From: Thecamonas trahens ATCC 50062
Lineage: Eukaryota > Protista > Apusomonadida
Direction: 5' to 3'
DNA length: 64,000 bases
Assembly (NCBI RefSeq): GCF_000142905.1
Contig: NW_013657638.1
Coordinates: 151,103 to 215,102 of the forward strand
A model generated the notes under the pieces. It saw nothing but the letters and a program-made list of their open reading frames with translations, searched no databases and had not been told where the DNA came from. Shown one piece after another: positions 1 to 12,400 of this stretch; the first letter of the stretch is position 1; each line of letters opens with the position of its first letter. Both the position numbers and the translations under genes were made by a program.

Positions 1-3
1 ACC

Positions 4-117
<114 letters not shown>

Positions 118-135
118 CGCTCTCGCTCTTTCGCC

Positions 136-2067
136 ATGGGCGACGCAGCAGTGCTCCAGGCATATCTGATGGGGGCGGTTGAAGCACGGCCGGTGCTGGA
201 CAAGGCGCGTGCGCTGCGGTTCAATGGCCAGTGGCGGGCGGCGCGGGCGGCGCTGCATGCCCATGTCGAGGTCTCGGCCTCGGCTTCTATGTACGACGCC
301 GAGCTGGCGGTGGTGGTGGCGACATCGACCGAGGACGAGGACGATCTGCGGGCGGCGCGCGAGGCGCTCGACACGGTTACTGCCGTTGTAGCTCGCGTCC
401 GTGCCGCCCTCGACTCGGGCATCATCAAGTCGTTCAAGAAGCTCTTCCGCAGCAAACGGACCGCCACACCCGGAGCCGCGCCGCCTTGGATTGACGACAA
501 CGCCCGCGCGTTGATCGATGCCGAGCTGACGCTCGCCGAGGGCATTGCCGACGGCCTCCTCTGCGTCCTCCAGTTCCGATCCGGCGCGTATGTTAAGGGC
601 GGCTTCTCCGTCCGCCGCGCGTGGAAGGCCATCGCCAAGGCCCGCACTCTCCTTGCCGACGAGATGGCCGCTCTTGCCGATGCCGGCCCGGCCGAGTTCG
701 AGCCAGTGCCCGAGTACGTCAAGGCTGCAGCCAGCGCGTCGGGCGGCGCAGCGTCGTCGGATGCGCCGCCGCCGGCCCGGCTTGCCCTTTTTGCCACTGC
801 CGCTCCGTTTGATCGCATGGTGGTGGCGGTCGGCCCCGAGGCCGACGGCGACACCCGCGCCTGCCTCGACTTCTCGTACCTGGTCTCGTGGGCACATCTG
901 GGCCTTGCAGCCTTTCTGTACATATTCTCGCGGGTCCCGCCGTCATGGACTTGGCTCACCCGGCTCATCGGGTTCGAGGGCGACGCCGACGCCGCGCTTG
1001 CGCTGCTCTGCGCGGGCTACGCCTACCCGTCGCTCGAGGCGCCGACCTGCGGCCTCCTCCTCGCCACCATCTACATGTTTGTCTTTGCCGAGGACGACCG
1101 CGAGAAGGAAGCCGCCGGCGCGGCGATTGTGGCCGACGGTCTTGCGCCGCTGCTCCCAGACTCGTACTTGGTGAACATGGTCCTTGGCTACTATTATCGC
1201 CGGAACGGCGAGATGGAGGCGGCACACAAGGCCTTTGGCGTCCTACACGCTCGGGCCGAGGTTGAGCAGCTGCGCCGGAATTCGGGCCGTGAGCTTGCGC
1301 GCTGCTTCCTCGGCACCCGCGAGTACGACGCGGCCATTCCGCTGATGGAGGACTTTCTGGCGTACACCACGGCGCCGACCTGGCTCCCATGGGCAACATA
1401 TCAGCTTGCCATTGCCTACGCTTCGGTGGGGCGTACCGACGACGCCGCCCGCGCCATGGCCGACCTGCTCCTACTCGACGCCCCGGCCCGCCGCGCGTTC
1501 TCGGCCTACGCCGCCCGCCGCGCCGCCCAGTTTGCCGCCCGTGGCTCCTTCCGCCCCGCCGAGCTCGCCTACTCGCAGGCCTACTTTTGCCGCGACTGTG
1601 CCTCGTACGACCAGGGGCTCGACGTCGTCGATGCCGCCCTTGCTGCCGGCGCCGACAACTCGGAGCCCGAACCCGAGGTTCTCGCCCAGACCGCCATGCT
1701 CGGCTACATGCGGGTCTCGCTCCTGCACAAGCTCGAACGCTTCGACGACGCCTACACTGCCGGCACCGAGCTTCTTGCCTCGGTGGCCGAGGCCAAGACC
1801 CGCGGCGTCTTCTCCGATCTCACAGAGCTCTCCGAGTACTGGGCCGTCCCGTGGACCGAGGCCGAGATGGCGGCGCTTGCCCTCAAGCGCGGCGCGCTCG
1901 CCGATGCCCGCACCCACATCGCCGCTGCCGAGGCCGTCAGCTCTGACTATGACTTTTCCCGCCTTGTTGGCATCCGCTGCAAGTCGCTTACCGAAGACAT
2001 TGGCAAGGCCGAGGCCAAGGCTCTGGCCGAGCCCACATCCGATACGGCGGCGGAGGCATCAAAGTAA
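136..2067 (+). CDS. TTC39/IML2-family TPR protein
   Basis: 643-aa ORF with strong codon bias. Motifs [13 protein letters not shown] and [30 protein letters not shown] resemble TTC39/Iml2, followed by TPR-like helices and a C-terminal YDFSRL. Confidence 0.75.
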   Translation: MGDAAVLQAYLMGAVEARPVLDKARALRFNGQWRAARAALHAHVEVSASASMYDAELAVVVATSTEDEDDLRAAREALDTVTAVVARVRAALDSGIIKSFKKLFRSKRTATPGAAPPWIDDNARALIDAELTLAEGIADGLLCVLQFRSGAYVKGGFSVRRAWKAIAKARTLLADEMAALADAGPAEFEPVPEYVKAAASASGGAASSDAPPPARLALFATAAPFDRMVVAVGPEADGDTRACLDFSYLVSWAHLGLAAFLYIFSRVPPSWTWLTRLIGFEGDADAALALLCAGYAYPSLEAPTCGLLLATIYMFVFAEDDREKEAAGAAIVADGLAPLLPDSYLVNMVLGYYYRRNGEMEAAHKAFGVLHARAEVEQLRRNSGRELARCFLGTREYDAAIPLMEDFLAYTTAPTWLPWATYQLAIAYASVGRTDDAARAMADLLLLDAPARRAFSAYAARRAAQFAARGSFRPAELAYSQAYFCRDCASYDQGLDVVDAALAAGADNSEPEPEVLAQTAMLGYMRVSLLHKLERFDDAYTAGTELLASVAEAKTRGVFSDLTELSEYWAVPWTEAEMAALALKRGALADARTHIAAAEAVSSDYDFSRLVGIRCKSLTEDIGKAEAKALAEPTSDTAAEASK

Positions 2068-2217
2068 AGATACCGCCCCCCCCCTCCCCCCCCTCCTCCC
2101 CTCCATCCCCCCCTCCCCCCCCTCCCTCTCCCTCCCCCCCCTCCCTCCCCCCTCCCCTCTCCCATCAATCCCCCATCAATCCCCCCATCAATCCCTCCAT
2201 CAATCCCCCCCTGTCTC

Positions 2218-2670
2218 NNNNNNNNNNNNNNNNNNNNNNNNNNNNNNNNNNNNNNNNNNNNNNNNNNNNNNNNNNNNNNNNNNNNNNNNNNNNNNNNNNN
2301 NNNNNNNNNNNNNNNNNNNNNNNNNNNNNNNNNNNNNNNNNNNNNNNNNNNNNNNNNNNNNNNNNNNNNNNNNNNNNNNNNNNNNNNNNNNNNNNNNNNN
2401 NNNNNNNNNNNNNNNNNNNNNNNNNNNNNNNNNNNNNNNNNNNNNNNNNNNNNNNNNNNNNNNNNNNNNNNNNNNNNNNNNNNNNNNNNNNNNNNNNNNN
2501 NNNNNNNNNNNNNNNNNNNNNNNNNNNNNNNNNNNNNNNNNNNNNNNNNNNNNNNNNNNNNNNNNNNNNNNNNNNNNNNNNNNNNNNNNNNNNNNNNNNN
2601 NNNNNNNNNNNNNNNNNNNNNNNNNNNNNNNNNNNNNNNNNNNNNNNNNNNNNNNNNNNNNNNNNNNNNN
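2218..2670. other. assembly gap (N-run) flanked by poly-C tracts
   Basis: N characters. Confidence 0.99.
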
Positions 2671-2768
2671 CATTAGGCGAGTACGTACCGCACCGACACC
2701 CTCCGCCCCCCCCCCCCCACCCCCCCCCCACCCTCCTATCCCCCCTACCCCCCCCACCTCCCCCCACC

Positions 2769-4263
2769 ATGCCCAAGCCCGGAGTCAAACTCCCCTCCCT
2801 TGCGGACCTCCACCACCTTGCAGCAGCCTCTGAGCCCATCCGCGAGCACATGGACTCGCCCGCTGCCTCACCCTCGCCATCCTCCCCATCACCCACTGCC
2901 ATCACTGCCTCCACCCATACCACCCATCCCTCCGCATCCGGCTCCGCATCCGGCTCCGCATCCGGCTCCGCATCCGGCTCGGCTCCTGGCTCGGCTTCTG
3001 GCTCGGCTTCTGGCTCGGGTTCCGCATCTGGTTCGGACTCGTCATCATCGTCGTCGTCGTCGTCGTCGTCGTCGTCCTCGTCTTCGTTCTCGTCCTCGTC
3101 CTCGTCCTCGTCTTCGTCCCCGTCATCTTCGTCCTCGTCATCCCCTCGCTCCCCTCGTGCCGCTCCCTCTCCGGCGCAGTCACGTAAGCGCGGACGGTCG
3201 CCGGCTAGCGCCAGCGAGGAGACGGGCGGGAAGCGGGCCAAGGTTCTGGACGGAGCGGTCAAAGTCAAGGCAGCCAAGGTGAAGCCGACGATCACACTGG
3301 CTATTCCGGGCTCGATCATCGGCAACGCACAGACGCCTGCGCTGCGGACGTTCCTTGCTGGGCAGATTGCCCGGGCACTGGCGGTGTTTGAGGTGGACGA
3401 GGTGGTGGTCTTTGGCGAGGGCACGGCAGGCTCCGAGACCTCGACCCAGCGGTGGGATCTGTTCCTGCTCAAGCTGCTGTCGTACCTGGAGACGCCGCAG
3501 TACCTGCGCAAGTCGCTCTTTCCCATCTCGGCCGATCTGCGGTCGGTCGGCATCCTCGCTCCGCTCGACACCCCGCACCACATGCGGATCGACGAGTGGT
3601 CGCGCTACCGCGAGGGCGTGACCAAGAAGATGAACATTGCCCGCCGCCCGCGCCCGGGCATGGGCTCGCTCGTCAACGTGGGCCTCTGGCAGGACATCCG
3701 CGTCGACAAGATGCTCCGCGACGGCATCCGCATCACCGTCGACATGGGCCCACGCCGATGCCTACAAGGACAAGAAGGGCAAGGTCCGCGGCCGTGTCGT
3801 CTCGCCCGACGAGCCGCGCAAGGCCGGTTTCTACTGGGGCTACACCACCCGTCTCGCCTCCACCATCTCCAAGGTCTTCTCCGAGTCGCCCTACGACGGC
3901 GGCTACGACTGCACCATCGGAACCTCGGAGCGCGGTACCGATGTCTACGAGCCGGGCCTCTCTCTCGACGGCCTCACCGCCGCCAAGCACGTCCTCATTG
4001 TCTTTGGTGGCGTCCACGGCCTCGAAGACTCTGTCGAGGCCGATCCCGACGTCCTTGTCGACTCGCCCGCCGAGCTCTTTGACTACTACCTCAACACCTG
4101 CCCGCACCAGGGCTCCCGCACCATCCGTACCGAGGAGGCCATCTTTATTTCCATGGCCGGCATCCAGCACCACCTGGCCAAGGCCCCGTGGTGGAAGTCG
4201 GCCTCTAACTCACTCGGCGCGCTCCACGGCGCCGCAGTCAAGCCGCATGCCCCGCAACAATGA
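2769..4263 (+). CDS. SPOUT1: SPOUT1/C9orf114 (DUF171) RNA methyltransferase, one +1 frame break near 3746-3751
   Basis: Frame A (2769..) has TLAIPGSIIGNAQ, GQIARALAVFEVDEVVVF and YLETPQYLRK..PLDTPHH. Frame B (..4263) has GFYWGYTTRL, YDCTIGTSERG, LIVFGG and NTCPHQGSRTIRTEEA. The N-terminus is a Ser-rich (GSAS)n/poly-S tract. Confidence 0.9.
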
Positions 4264-4286
4264 GTAACACACTCGGCGCTACCTCC

Positions 4287-6826
4287 TCAGCTCGCCATCT
4301 GCTTCAGGATCACATGGTCAATCTCTTGCGGCAGCAGGTACGCCACAAGAGCCGACGTGTCGTCGTAGTGCTGTGCAACCTCACCGCCGCCGGCCCGCGA
4401 CCGGTCCTCGCCCCGTGCGAGGTGCTTGGCCGCGGCCTCGGGTGGCTCGCCACCGTCGCACAGCGTGCCCATCATCGCCGCCACCATGGCGTTCGAGTCG
4501 GCCTGGCTCGCCACAGGCAGGCCGTGCCACAGCCCGTCCGACGCCACCACCAGCACCGATGGCCCATCGCTCGGGAGCGGCGTAAAGGTGACGTCCGGCT
4601 CGCCAGAGAGCACCGGCTTGGCCGGATCGAGCTTGAACAACAGGTCGCCCATCGTCGCCGTCATCGCCAGCTTGCGCCGCGGCACGCGCAACGGGTTTTC
4701 CATCTGAGAAGGCGCCACCACGTAGCAGTTCTCCACATCGGCCACTGCCCGCCGCCGGCCCGAGTGGAACGAGAGGTGCCGCGGTGCAGCCTTGGCAATG
4801 TCGTAAAAGGTGGCTCCTGCCCCGGCCGCGCTTGCGGCGCGCTCCACGTGCGCCACATCGTGGTCCACCGTCGCCGCTTCCACCTTCCACCCCGCCCGCT
4901 TCCCGCGCCGGGACGCGAGCATCACTCGCGAGTCACCCACGTTGGCGGTCACCACAAATCCGCGGAAGACAACCGCCATCGCAAGCGTCGTCCCGTTGTC
5001 CGGGTTTGTCGCCTCAATCTCCGCCTGCGTCAGTACCGCAGAGCCGAGCGATGCCTTGCGCGCTTCAAACGCACTTCGCAGCTGCTGCAGATACTGCTCG
5101 TCGAGGCGGAGGAAGAGCGCCTGCAGCGCGCTGCGCACCTCGCTCTGCAGAGCCTCCGACGACAGGTCGGCTCCAGGCTGCCCCAGGAGCTCGCCCAGCA
5201 CAAGCTCCACGTTGGGCGGAATCGCAGCCGCAAAGAACTCGGCTGCATCAGCGCCACCGTGTCCGTCTGCCACTAGGTAGAGCCAGAACGGCTCGTCACG
5301 CCAGAAGCCCGACCGGAACGCGACCCGGTCCTCGTTTGGCCGCTTGAACAGCCGCTCTGGCTTGTTCCGCGCGTCGCTCTTCGACACAAGCTCGTACCGC
5401 GCCACGCTCGCCGCCCCGCTCATCACAACCATCGCCGCCGTCCCAAAAATGTCGTGTGAGACCACGGTCTCGTGCGCCTCGATCGAGTTGTCATCTCCAG
5501 AGCCAAACGCTTGCGCCTTGAGCACCACCACCGAGCACGACGCCCCATCGTCATCGCTGGCTTCCTCCTCCTCATCGTCGTCATCGTCGTCGTCCTCGTG
5601 CGCCGCGAGCCCGATGGCAAGCTCCAAGGTCACCTTGGTGCCCTTGCTCCGCGCCCGTCGATGCGGAAGTCGCTCCAGATCCGACAGCGCCAGCTCTTCC
5701 GAGTACAACTCGTCGTCGTCGGCAGAGCTGGACGCACGTGACGGGACCTCGGACGGGAGCAGCGACGGCGCCTCCAGCGAGATGGCGCCTTCGTCGTCGT
5801 CGTCGTCGTCGTCATCGCTCACCACAGCGGCCACCCTTAGCGAGATGTACGGTGAGCTCGAGCCGTCAGACTCGCCGTTGGTCTCCTCCGAGTCAGTCGC
5901 CGTCGGCGACGCCTGACTCGCGGCCTTGGACCCAAGCAGCGCCCGTGCCACCCGCGCCGCCTGGATCAGCTCGGCCTCGACCCGCCGTCCGCGCGCAGTC
6001 CCCATCAGCGGCTTGACTCGCTTAGCTGCCGGTGGCTTGCTAGACGCCACGCTTGACTTGCCCTTGGCACTCGCCGTGCGCTTTCGCTTGCCCCCCACCG
6101 ACGGCCGTGTATCCGACCGCAGCCGGTACATGCCTCGCCCGACCCGGACAAACAGTGACTCGTCACCACGGGTGTTGATCTCCTGGTTGATGACCGAGTT
6201 GATCGTGTTCGACGGCGTTGTTCCCCTGTCCATGCATAGCGTGTTGTGTGAGCAAGACCACCCAAAAAAGGTCGTGGTTTCCGAAGCAAGACCACCCAAA
6301 AAAGGTCGTGGTTTCCGCCACTCCAGCCAAAGAGGCCATCCTCGGTCCGCCGCCTGCCAGGCGCGCCCCTCCTCCCCCACCATCGGGAGCCACTTATTGC
6401 CCAAGCACACATCAACTGCAACCACATCCACATGTCCGGACACGTGCGGAGCAACGTATGCAGGCAGTATCAGGCGGGAGCAGATTAATGGGGCGGAGGG
6501 GGGGGGACGGAAGGGGTACAAGGAGGGAGGATGGGCAAAGATGATGGAGGATGGAGATGGGTAGAGCCTGTGACTGATGACGGCAGCAGATGCAAGTGGA
6601 TGATGCGGATACAAGAGGGGGGGGATGAGGCAGGGGAGCAAGGGGGGGGGGGGGGGTAGAGGACAGTCAAGGCAGGTGGGAAGGGGGGAGGAAAGGGAGG
6701 GTCATACCGGATGGGAACCATGTCGTTTGCTATGATGATTTCTAGGACGTCTTTGTAGTGCATGGGAGGCTCATTGTGAGCAAGTACATGCTCAATGGCC
6801 TCCATCCACTTCATACCCATGCTCAT
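4287..6826 (-). CDS. HARE-HTH (HB1/ASXL-type winged helix) fused to a PP2C phosphatase; exons 6826-6708 and 6225-4287
   Basis: The GTATGA...CAG intron (6707-6226) joins MKWMEAIEHVLAHNEPPMHYKDVLEII..PIR to GTTPSNTINSVINQEINTRGDESLFVRVGRGMYRLR. PP2C motifs EDR, VADGHGG, GTT, ANVGDSR, VASDGLW and DDTS are all intact. Confidence 0.82.
6251..6317. repeat. perfect 33-bp tandem duplication (period 34) inside an intron
   Basis: agcaagaccacccaaaaaaggtcgtggtttccg at 6251-6283 and 6285-6317. Confidence 0.9.
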
Positions 6827-7127
6827 AGCAGCGTAGGTTGTCAGAAGTTTGAGAGAGAGAGAGAGGAGAAGGAAGACGCACAAGTGTCAACCTCAAAGAC
6901 GAGTGATGGCACAAATACAGCTCTTCCCTCGCCTGTCCCCCCTACCACCATCACCCCCCACCCTGCACACGTGGCCACAATCTTGTTGCCAAACCGCCAA
7001 AACACCCCCCACACCCCACACCCACACCCACACACTCCAGGCTCAGCTGCCACCACCTCACCCCCCCCCCCCCCCCCTCCCCTACTACTACACACACGCA
7101 CACACACACACACTCGCCCCGTGGTGC

Positions 7128-9485
7128 ATGCCCCGCACTACCTTCCGCCATGGAGCCCATGCACTCTCGTTCTCGCCAGACCCACAGGTGACTCCTCTCG
7201 GAGGTCTCTCACCACTGGCTACTCCGCGCTCCCGAGCCGTACCAACAACAGCGCTTGCATCGACCGGTTTGGCTCGCCCTGCTCACAATCCCACCCCCAC
7301 TCCCGCTCCTACACACGCACCTGCTTCCGGATTGGCTCCGCCGCCACCGCCGCGACCTGTTCAGGGGCCTACCCTGACTCTTTTGGCCGGACAAGCTGTG
7401 CCGCCGCTTGTTGTCCCGCTCGATGCTCGTCTCTCGGCTGCGCTCGAACATCTTCTTGCCGATGCTCATCACGATGATGCAGGCCCACACCACGACTCGC
7501 TGGTGGTTGATCTTGCTCGTGCCGCTCTCCCGCATCCGCTGCCCGACTCGGTCGACACCGCCGCTCTCGACGCCTTTGTCGCTGCACTCCGCAACAACGC
7601 CGCTGCTCTGCTCAAAGACGCTGCTCGCGCTCGTCTGGCGCTCGCAGCGCGCGGTGCAGCCTTTGAGGCCGAGCACGCCGCTCTGGTTGACGACAACGAG
7701 GCTCGAGCTGCGGAAATTATCGAGCGCCACAAGCAGGCGGTGGCCGAGCGAGTCCGTACTGCACTCACCCGCAACGACGGTCCGGCGGCCGGCGACGCGC
7801 TTGCCGTCCTCACAGATCGCGTCGAGGCCTCGCTCCGTCGCTCTCTTCACGAGGCCAAGCGTGAGTTTGCTGCCGCCGTCGAGGATGCTACGGCGGCTTT
7901 TAAGCGCGACCAGGGGCCCATGCTGGTCAAGCTCAACGCGATCATGGCCTCGCTCTTCCGCGGCGGCCTCACGCGCGCAATCCTGCTCCCTCTCGTCATT
8001 ATCTCGGTTGTCCTTCACACTTCGCGGCTGACCTCGGCCATCCTCGCCTTCCTTGCCACCGAGTTTGAGTCTATCCGCGGCGCACCCGAGCTCTCGTGCG
8101 CCATCATCCGCAACGCCGGCGTCTACCGCAAGCTCCTCCGCATCGTCGCCGCCAACCGGCCGGAGCTCAGGCTCCCCACCACAGCAGACTACACAGCCGA
8201 CGCGCCGCGCGGCCGCGACCCTGGCGCGATCTTTGACAACAGAGTAGTGGTCGGCGCTCCGCCGCGCTCGCCGCACCACCCCGCTCCGCTCACCCTCTCG
8301 GCGCTCGGCTCGCCGTCACCGGGTGTGGCTCGGCCACAGACGCGCGTTCCGCGTGCAGCCACCGCAAACCACTCGCCGCCACGCAAGGTCCGTCGCGGCA
8401 AAGTGCCGTTTGCCTCCCCGCTTCCGCCGGAGCGGTACCGCGACACTATTCCCCAGTCGTCACAGGCCTCGCGGCGGCCGCGCCATCACGGGTTCTGCGA
8501 GACATGCCGCGTCCGCCACCCGCCGGGGCGCCACGTCGACCACCCGCCGGTACCGGTTGCGCAGCCGGTGCCGCAGTCGAAGCCGCGCTCACGGCGAAGC
8601 AGGCGATCGGCTTCGCCTGACACTTCACGCCGCCGACGCCGGTCGCGGCGGTCGTCGCCGGCTACCGCCAAGCGCCTGCTGCAGCAGCATGTCCAGGAGC
8701 TGGCGGCGTCGGGCGCGCCGCCGTCCGAATACGCGCTCTCGCTACGGCACGCCCACGACCCTGATGCGGTGCTCACGCCCGCATCGCGCGCTCGCATCCG
8801 CGCCCGGCTCAAGCTCGGCGACGCTTCGGCGTCCGGCTCCGACTCGGACGAGCTGCTGCACCTGCCGCGCCCGCAGTTTTCCGCGGCTTCGCCGTCGCGC
8901 GCCCCGCGAACCGCCGCCACTGCCTCCAAGCTCGCCCGCCTCGACGCACTCTTTGCCAGGTTTACCTCGCTCGACGCGACAGTAGGTGCCAGTAGCGGGG
9001 GCCATCACAGCGACGATGATATCGCGCCACTCCATGACGAGCTTCTTCTTCCGGATGGGCCGCCTCGCCTCACCACCTCGCTCGACGCACTGTCTGCGTC
9101 GTGCAACTCGCTGGCGTCGTCGTCGGACGACTACGTCTATGCCGACGATGCCTACTCGGTGGCATCCTCAACAGATGTGGTCATCAATCCTGCGAGCGTT
9201 GCCAATGTCGCCAATGTCGATGGACAGGGCATGCTGAGCGAGGCCTTTGCGCAGGTGGAGCGGCTGACCGTGGGCGCGGCGCCGACGCCGCTGCTCTCGG
9301 CTGCTGACCGCCCGCTGTCAGGCCTCGATGCCGCGAGCCGCGACGACGACCTGTATCGTGCCTCGCTGCTGGCCACCAACGACGCCATAGTTTCGTCGCT
9401 GGTTGTAGGCGACCCCCAGTTTGTGCATGGTTCGGCACTCGCTGACGAGAGCATGATCACGGCGCTACCGCACGACACGTTTTAG
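7128..9485 (+). CDS. hypothetical protein (coiled-coil region, CxxCxxxHxxxxH motif, low-complexity C-half); start uncertain
   Basis: Long ORF with coding-like codon bias and the motif FCETCRVRHPPGRH. The 5' part of the listed ORF (6849-7120) is C/A-repeat sequence and probably non-coding. Confidence 0.6.
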   Translation: MPRTTFRHGAHALSFSPDPQVTPLGGLSPLATPRSRAVPTTALASTGLARPAHNPTPTPAPTHAPASGLAPPPPPRPVQGPTLTLLAGQAVPPLVVPLDARLSAALEHLLADAHHDDAGPHHDSLVVDLARAALPHPLPDSVDTAALDAFVAALRNNAAALLKDAARARLALAARGAAFEAEHAALVDDNEARAAEIIERHKQAVAERVRTALTRNDGPAAGDALAVLTDRVEASLRRSLHEAKREFAAAVEDATAAFKRDQGPMLVKLNAIMASLFRGGLTRAILLPLVIISVVLHTSRLTSAILAFLATEFESIRGAPELSCAIIRNAGVYRKLLRIVAANRPELRLPTTADYTADAPRGRDPGAIFDNRVVVGAPPRSPHHPAPLTLSALGSPSPGVARPQTRVPRAATANHSPPRKVRRGKVPFASPLPPERYRDTIPQSSQASRRPRHHGFCETCRVRHPPGRHVDHPPVPVAQPVPQSKPRSRRSRRSASPDTSRRRRRSRRSSPATAKRLLQQHVQELAASGAPPSEYALSLRHAHDPDAVLTPASRARIRARLKLGDASASGSDSDELLHLPRPQFSAASPSRAPRTAATASKLARLDALFARFTSLDATVGASSGGHHSDDDIAPLHDELLLPDGPPRLTTSLDALSASCNSLASSSDDYVYADDAYSVASSTDVVINPASVANVANVDGQGMLSEAFAQVERLTVGAAPTPLLSAADRPLSGLDAASRDDDLYRASLLATNDAIVSSLVVGDPQFVHGSALADESMITALPHDTF

Positions 9486-9493
9486 CCCTTTTA

Positions 9494-12400
9494 TTAGCGG
9501 CGGTACGGTCGGAGCTGCGAACCGCGGTCGGCCACGGGGGCGCCCGGCGAGACCGGAAGCCGCGAGCTCAGAATGGCCGGGTCGTAGACGACCACCACAT
9601 CGGCAGCCTCGTCGTCATAAACCACATTTTCAGTCGTGTCGCCCCAGTGGGTCCGCGACAGGTCGGACTCGTGGCCAAAGACACTCAGGTTGTCGTAGAC
9701 AGGATTGGAGATCGAGAGTGATGCTGCTGAGACTGGCGAGACCGGCGAGGCCGGCGAGACGGCCGAGGCGATCGAGCTCGCACGCGCCGGCGAGCCCGAG
9801 TGCACCGCGTAGCCGACGTAGACGCCGGTCGACCGGTCGACCATTGGGTCGTGGTTCTCGTCAAGTGCGAGCTTTGCCTCGGCTTCGTCGCCGCCGTTGC
9901 CACCAGAGCGACAAAAGGCGAGGAGGAGGAGGAGGAGGAGGAGGATGCAACAGCCGAGCACCGCAATCGGAATGAGAAACGCTTCCCTGGCCCACACCGG
10001 GTCCGACGGCGACGGCGCGGCAGCCACGCCAGCACAGTCTGGGTCGGCGACGTCGACAAGGCCGTCACCGTCATTGTCGATTGCGTCGGCGCAGGCCGAG
10101 ACGCAGGCCGAGTCAACGCACCACGACGCCTCGTTGCCGCCGCAGGCGGTACCAACCCGGATGCGGTCGACCGGTGTGTCGCGGCAACTTCCACCACCGT
10201 CGCACCCATACGCGTCGGCCAGCGCGGTGCCGTTGCTCGAGCAGCCGGCGGGCTCGGGCGTGAGGCAGGAGGCGTCGGCCGAGACTGTGGCACACACACC
10301 GGCAGAACACGCAGTCCCGAGCGGACAGTCGTAAGGCTGGTCCGGCACGACTGGGCCTGTGCAAGCAGCATCCGAGCCGGAGCAGTAGGTGAGCGAGCCG
10401 AGAGTGGTGCAGCTGCCGACGCAGCTGGCACCGGACACGCCGCACACGCTCGTCCGGTTGCGGTAGCATCCGCGAAGCGGCGAGAGTACATCCAGTTCAC
10501 AGCACGGGCCAGAGGTGCATTGCGGGCCACCGCAGTCGGCGTCGCAAGCGTCGACAAAGCCGTCGCCATCGTCGTCGAGCCCGTTGCTGCACGCGTCGAC
10601 GCAGACACCGCCAGCGCAGCGCGAGCCTTCGTGACCGTCACACGAGCCAGCAGAGAAGAGAGTGCCGGTAGATGACGTACTCGGGACGTCGCAGCCGCCA
10701 GTGCTGTTGCATCCGGTGTAAACGGCGGTGATGGCGGTGAGCGAGGCGCAGCCGGACGGCGGCGACGCTCCGCAGGTCAGATTGGCGCGCGGCGCAACAC
10801 AAGTCCCGCTCTCGCAGAGCGTGCCAGACGGACAGGGAACCGGCGAGAGCGATGTTGTCCCGGAGCAGCTGGTGGCGTTGCCCGGACAGTGTGTCTGGAC
10901 AAGCGAGCGCGAGCACGACGGCGCGGCGCCAATGCATACACCACCGGTAGCGGCACAGACAGCAGACGTGTCGCGGAAGCATCCATTGGTCGTACCACCG
11001 CTGGTGTCGCAGCAGGATCCGGAACTGCACTGCGGTCCGCCGCAGTCCCCGTCGCAGGCGTCAAAAAACCCATCACCGTCGTCGTCGAGCCCGTTAGCGC
11101 AAAGGTCTGTACAGACCCCTGCAGCGCAGGCATTGTTTTCGGTACCGGGGCAGGTGGCAAGCGCAGCCGTGACCGACGGCGCTGCTGCCGAGCACGAGCC
11201 GCTGCCGTCGCAAGAGTGGTACGTCCGGTTGATGGCGGACGCCGAAGCACAAGAATCGGCAGTCGAGCACGAGGCTGTGACAGAGACAGGGACACACGAG
11301 CCGGCCGAGCACACGCTGCCGGCGCCACAGTGCTCGGTCTCGACCGCAGATGGCCCGGAGCCACAGGCGGCGTCCGAGCCGGAGCAGTTCAAAAGCGTCC
11401 GCTGGCGGGTACAGAGCGAGGCACAGGTCCACGCCGTTGCACCGCACTGGACGTCTGTACTGGCGTGACAGCCCGACGAGAGACAGCATGCGCCAGCTGG
11501 GCACTCGGTAGCAGCCGAGCCGGTGCAGTCTGCGTCGCAGGAATCGACAATGCCGTCGCCATCATCATCGGCGGCGTTTCCGCACAAGTTGGCACACGCT
11601 GAGCCAACGCATATCGAGTTTTCGCCGCCGGAGCAGGCCGACGGATTGTCCGAAGTGGCCCGCGGTGTGGTCATATCGCAGCCTCCTCCGCCGGAGCAGC
11701 CATAGAACGAGGTCCGCAGCGTGGTCGAGGAGATGCATGCAGCCGTGGTGCCACACGCGTTGGTAGCCGAGGCCGAGCGCACGCGGTGCCGCCACCAGGA
11801 CACACCGTCCCAGCCGGGCAGTTGGCGTAGGTGTAGGTATCTGGCGCGTCGCACAGCGCCGACGATCCGGAGCAGAACCGCACCGGACGTCGTGTGGTGC
11901 ATGAGGTGAAGCATGTATCAGTCCCGGTCACACATTGTGTGGACGAGGACGCAAACTCGCAAGCTGTAGCCGACAACGGGTAGGGGCATCACCACGACAT
12001 GATCACCATGATCACCATGATCACCATGATCACCACATTCAACACCGAATATGATCATGACCCATCATGATGATAACCACCACCACCACCACCACCACCA
12101 GTCCATCCCAGTCCATCCCAGTCCATTCAGTCCATGCCCACCGCCACCAATCCCCCCCCCCCACCATGCCGTTGTTCGCCACCGATCCGAAGCCAGTCCC
12201 CGCGCCCACTGTGAGCCACCAATCCCCCCTCCCTCCCTCCCCCGCTCCCCCCCCTCCCCCTCACCCTGGCCAAGGCCATGCTTCACACACCCGATGACAA
12301 CCCCCACCTTCCAACAGCTCGCCACACCATGCAGACACAGACCACATCCCCCAAGCACTCTACTCTGTTCGTACCAGGATTGCAACAGGCAAAGCCAGGC

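Noticed and set aside
3738-3768. 31-nt GT..AG micro-intron that would repair the SPOUT1 frame
   Set aside because: The donor GTCGAC does not match the local consensus, splicing would remove the conserved ITV-x-hydrophobic strand, and other introns here are at least 110 nt.
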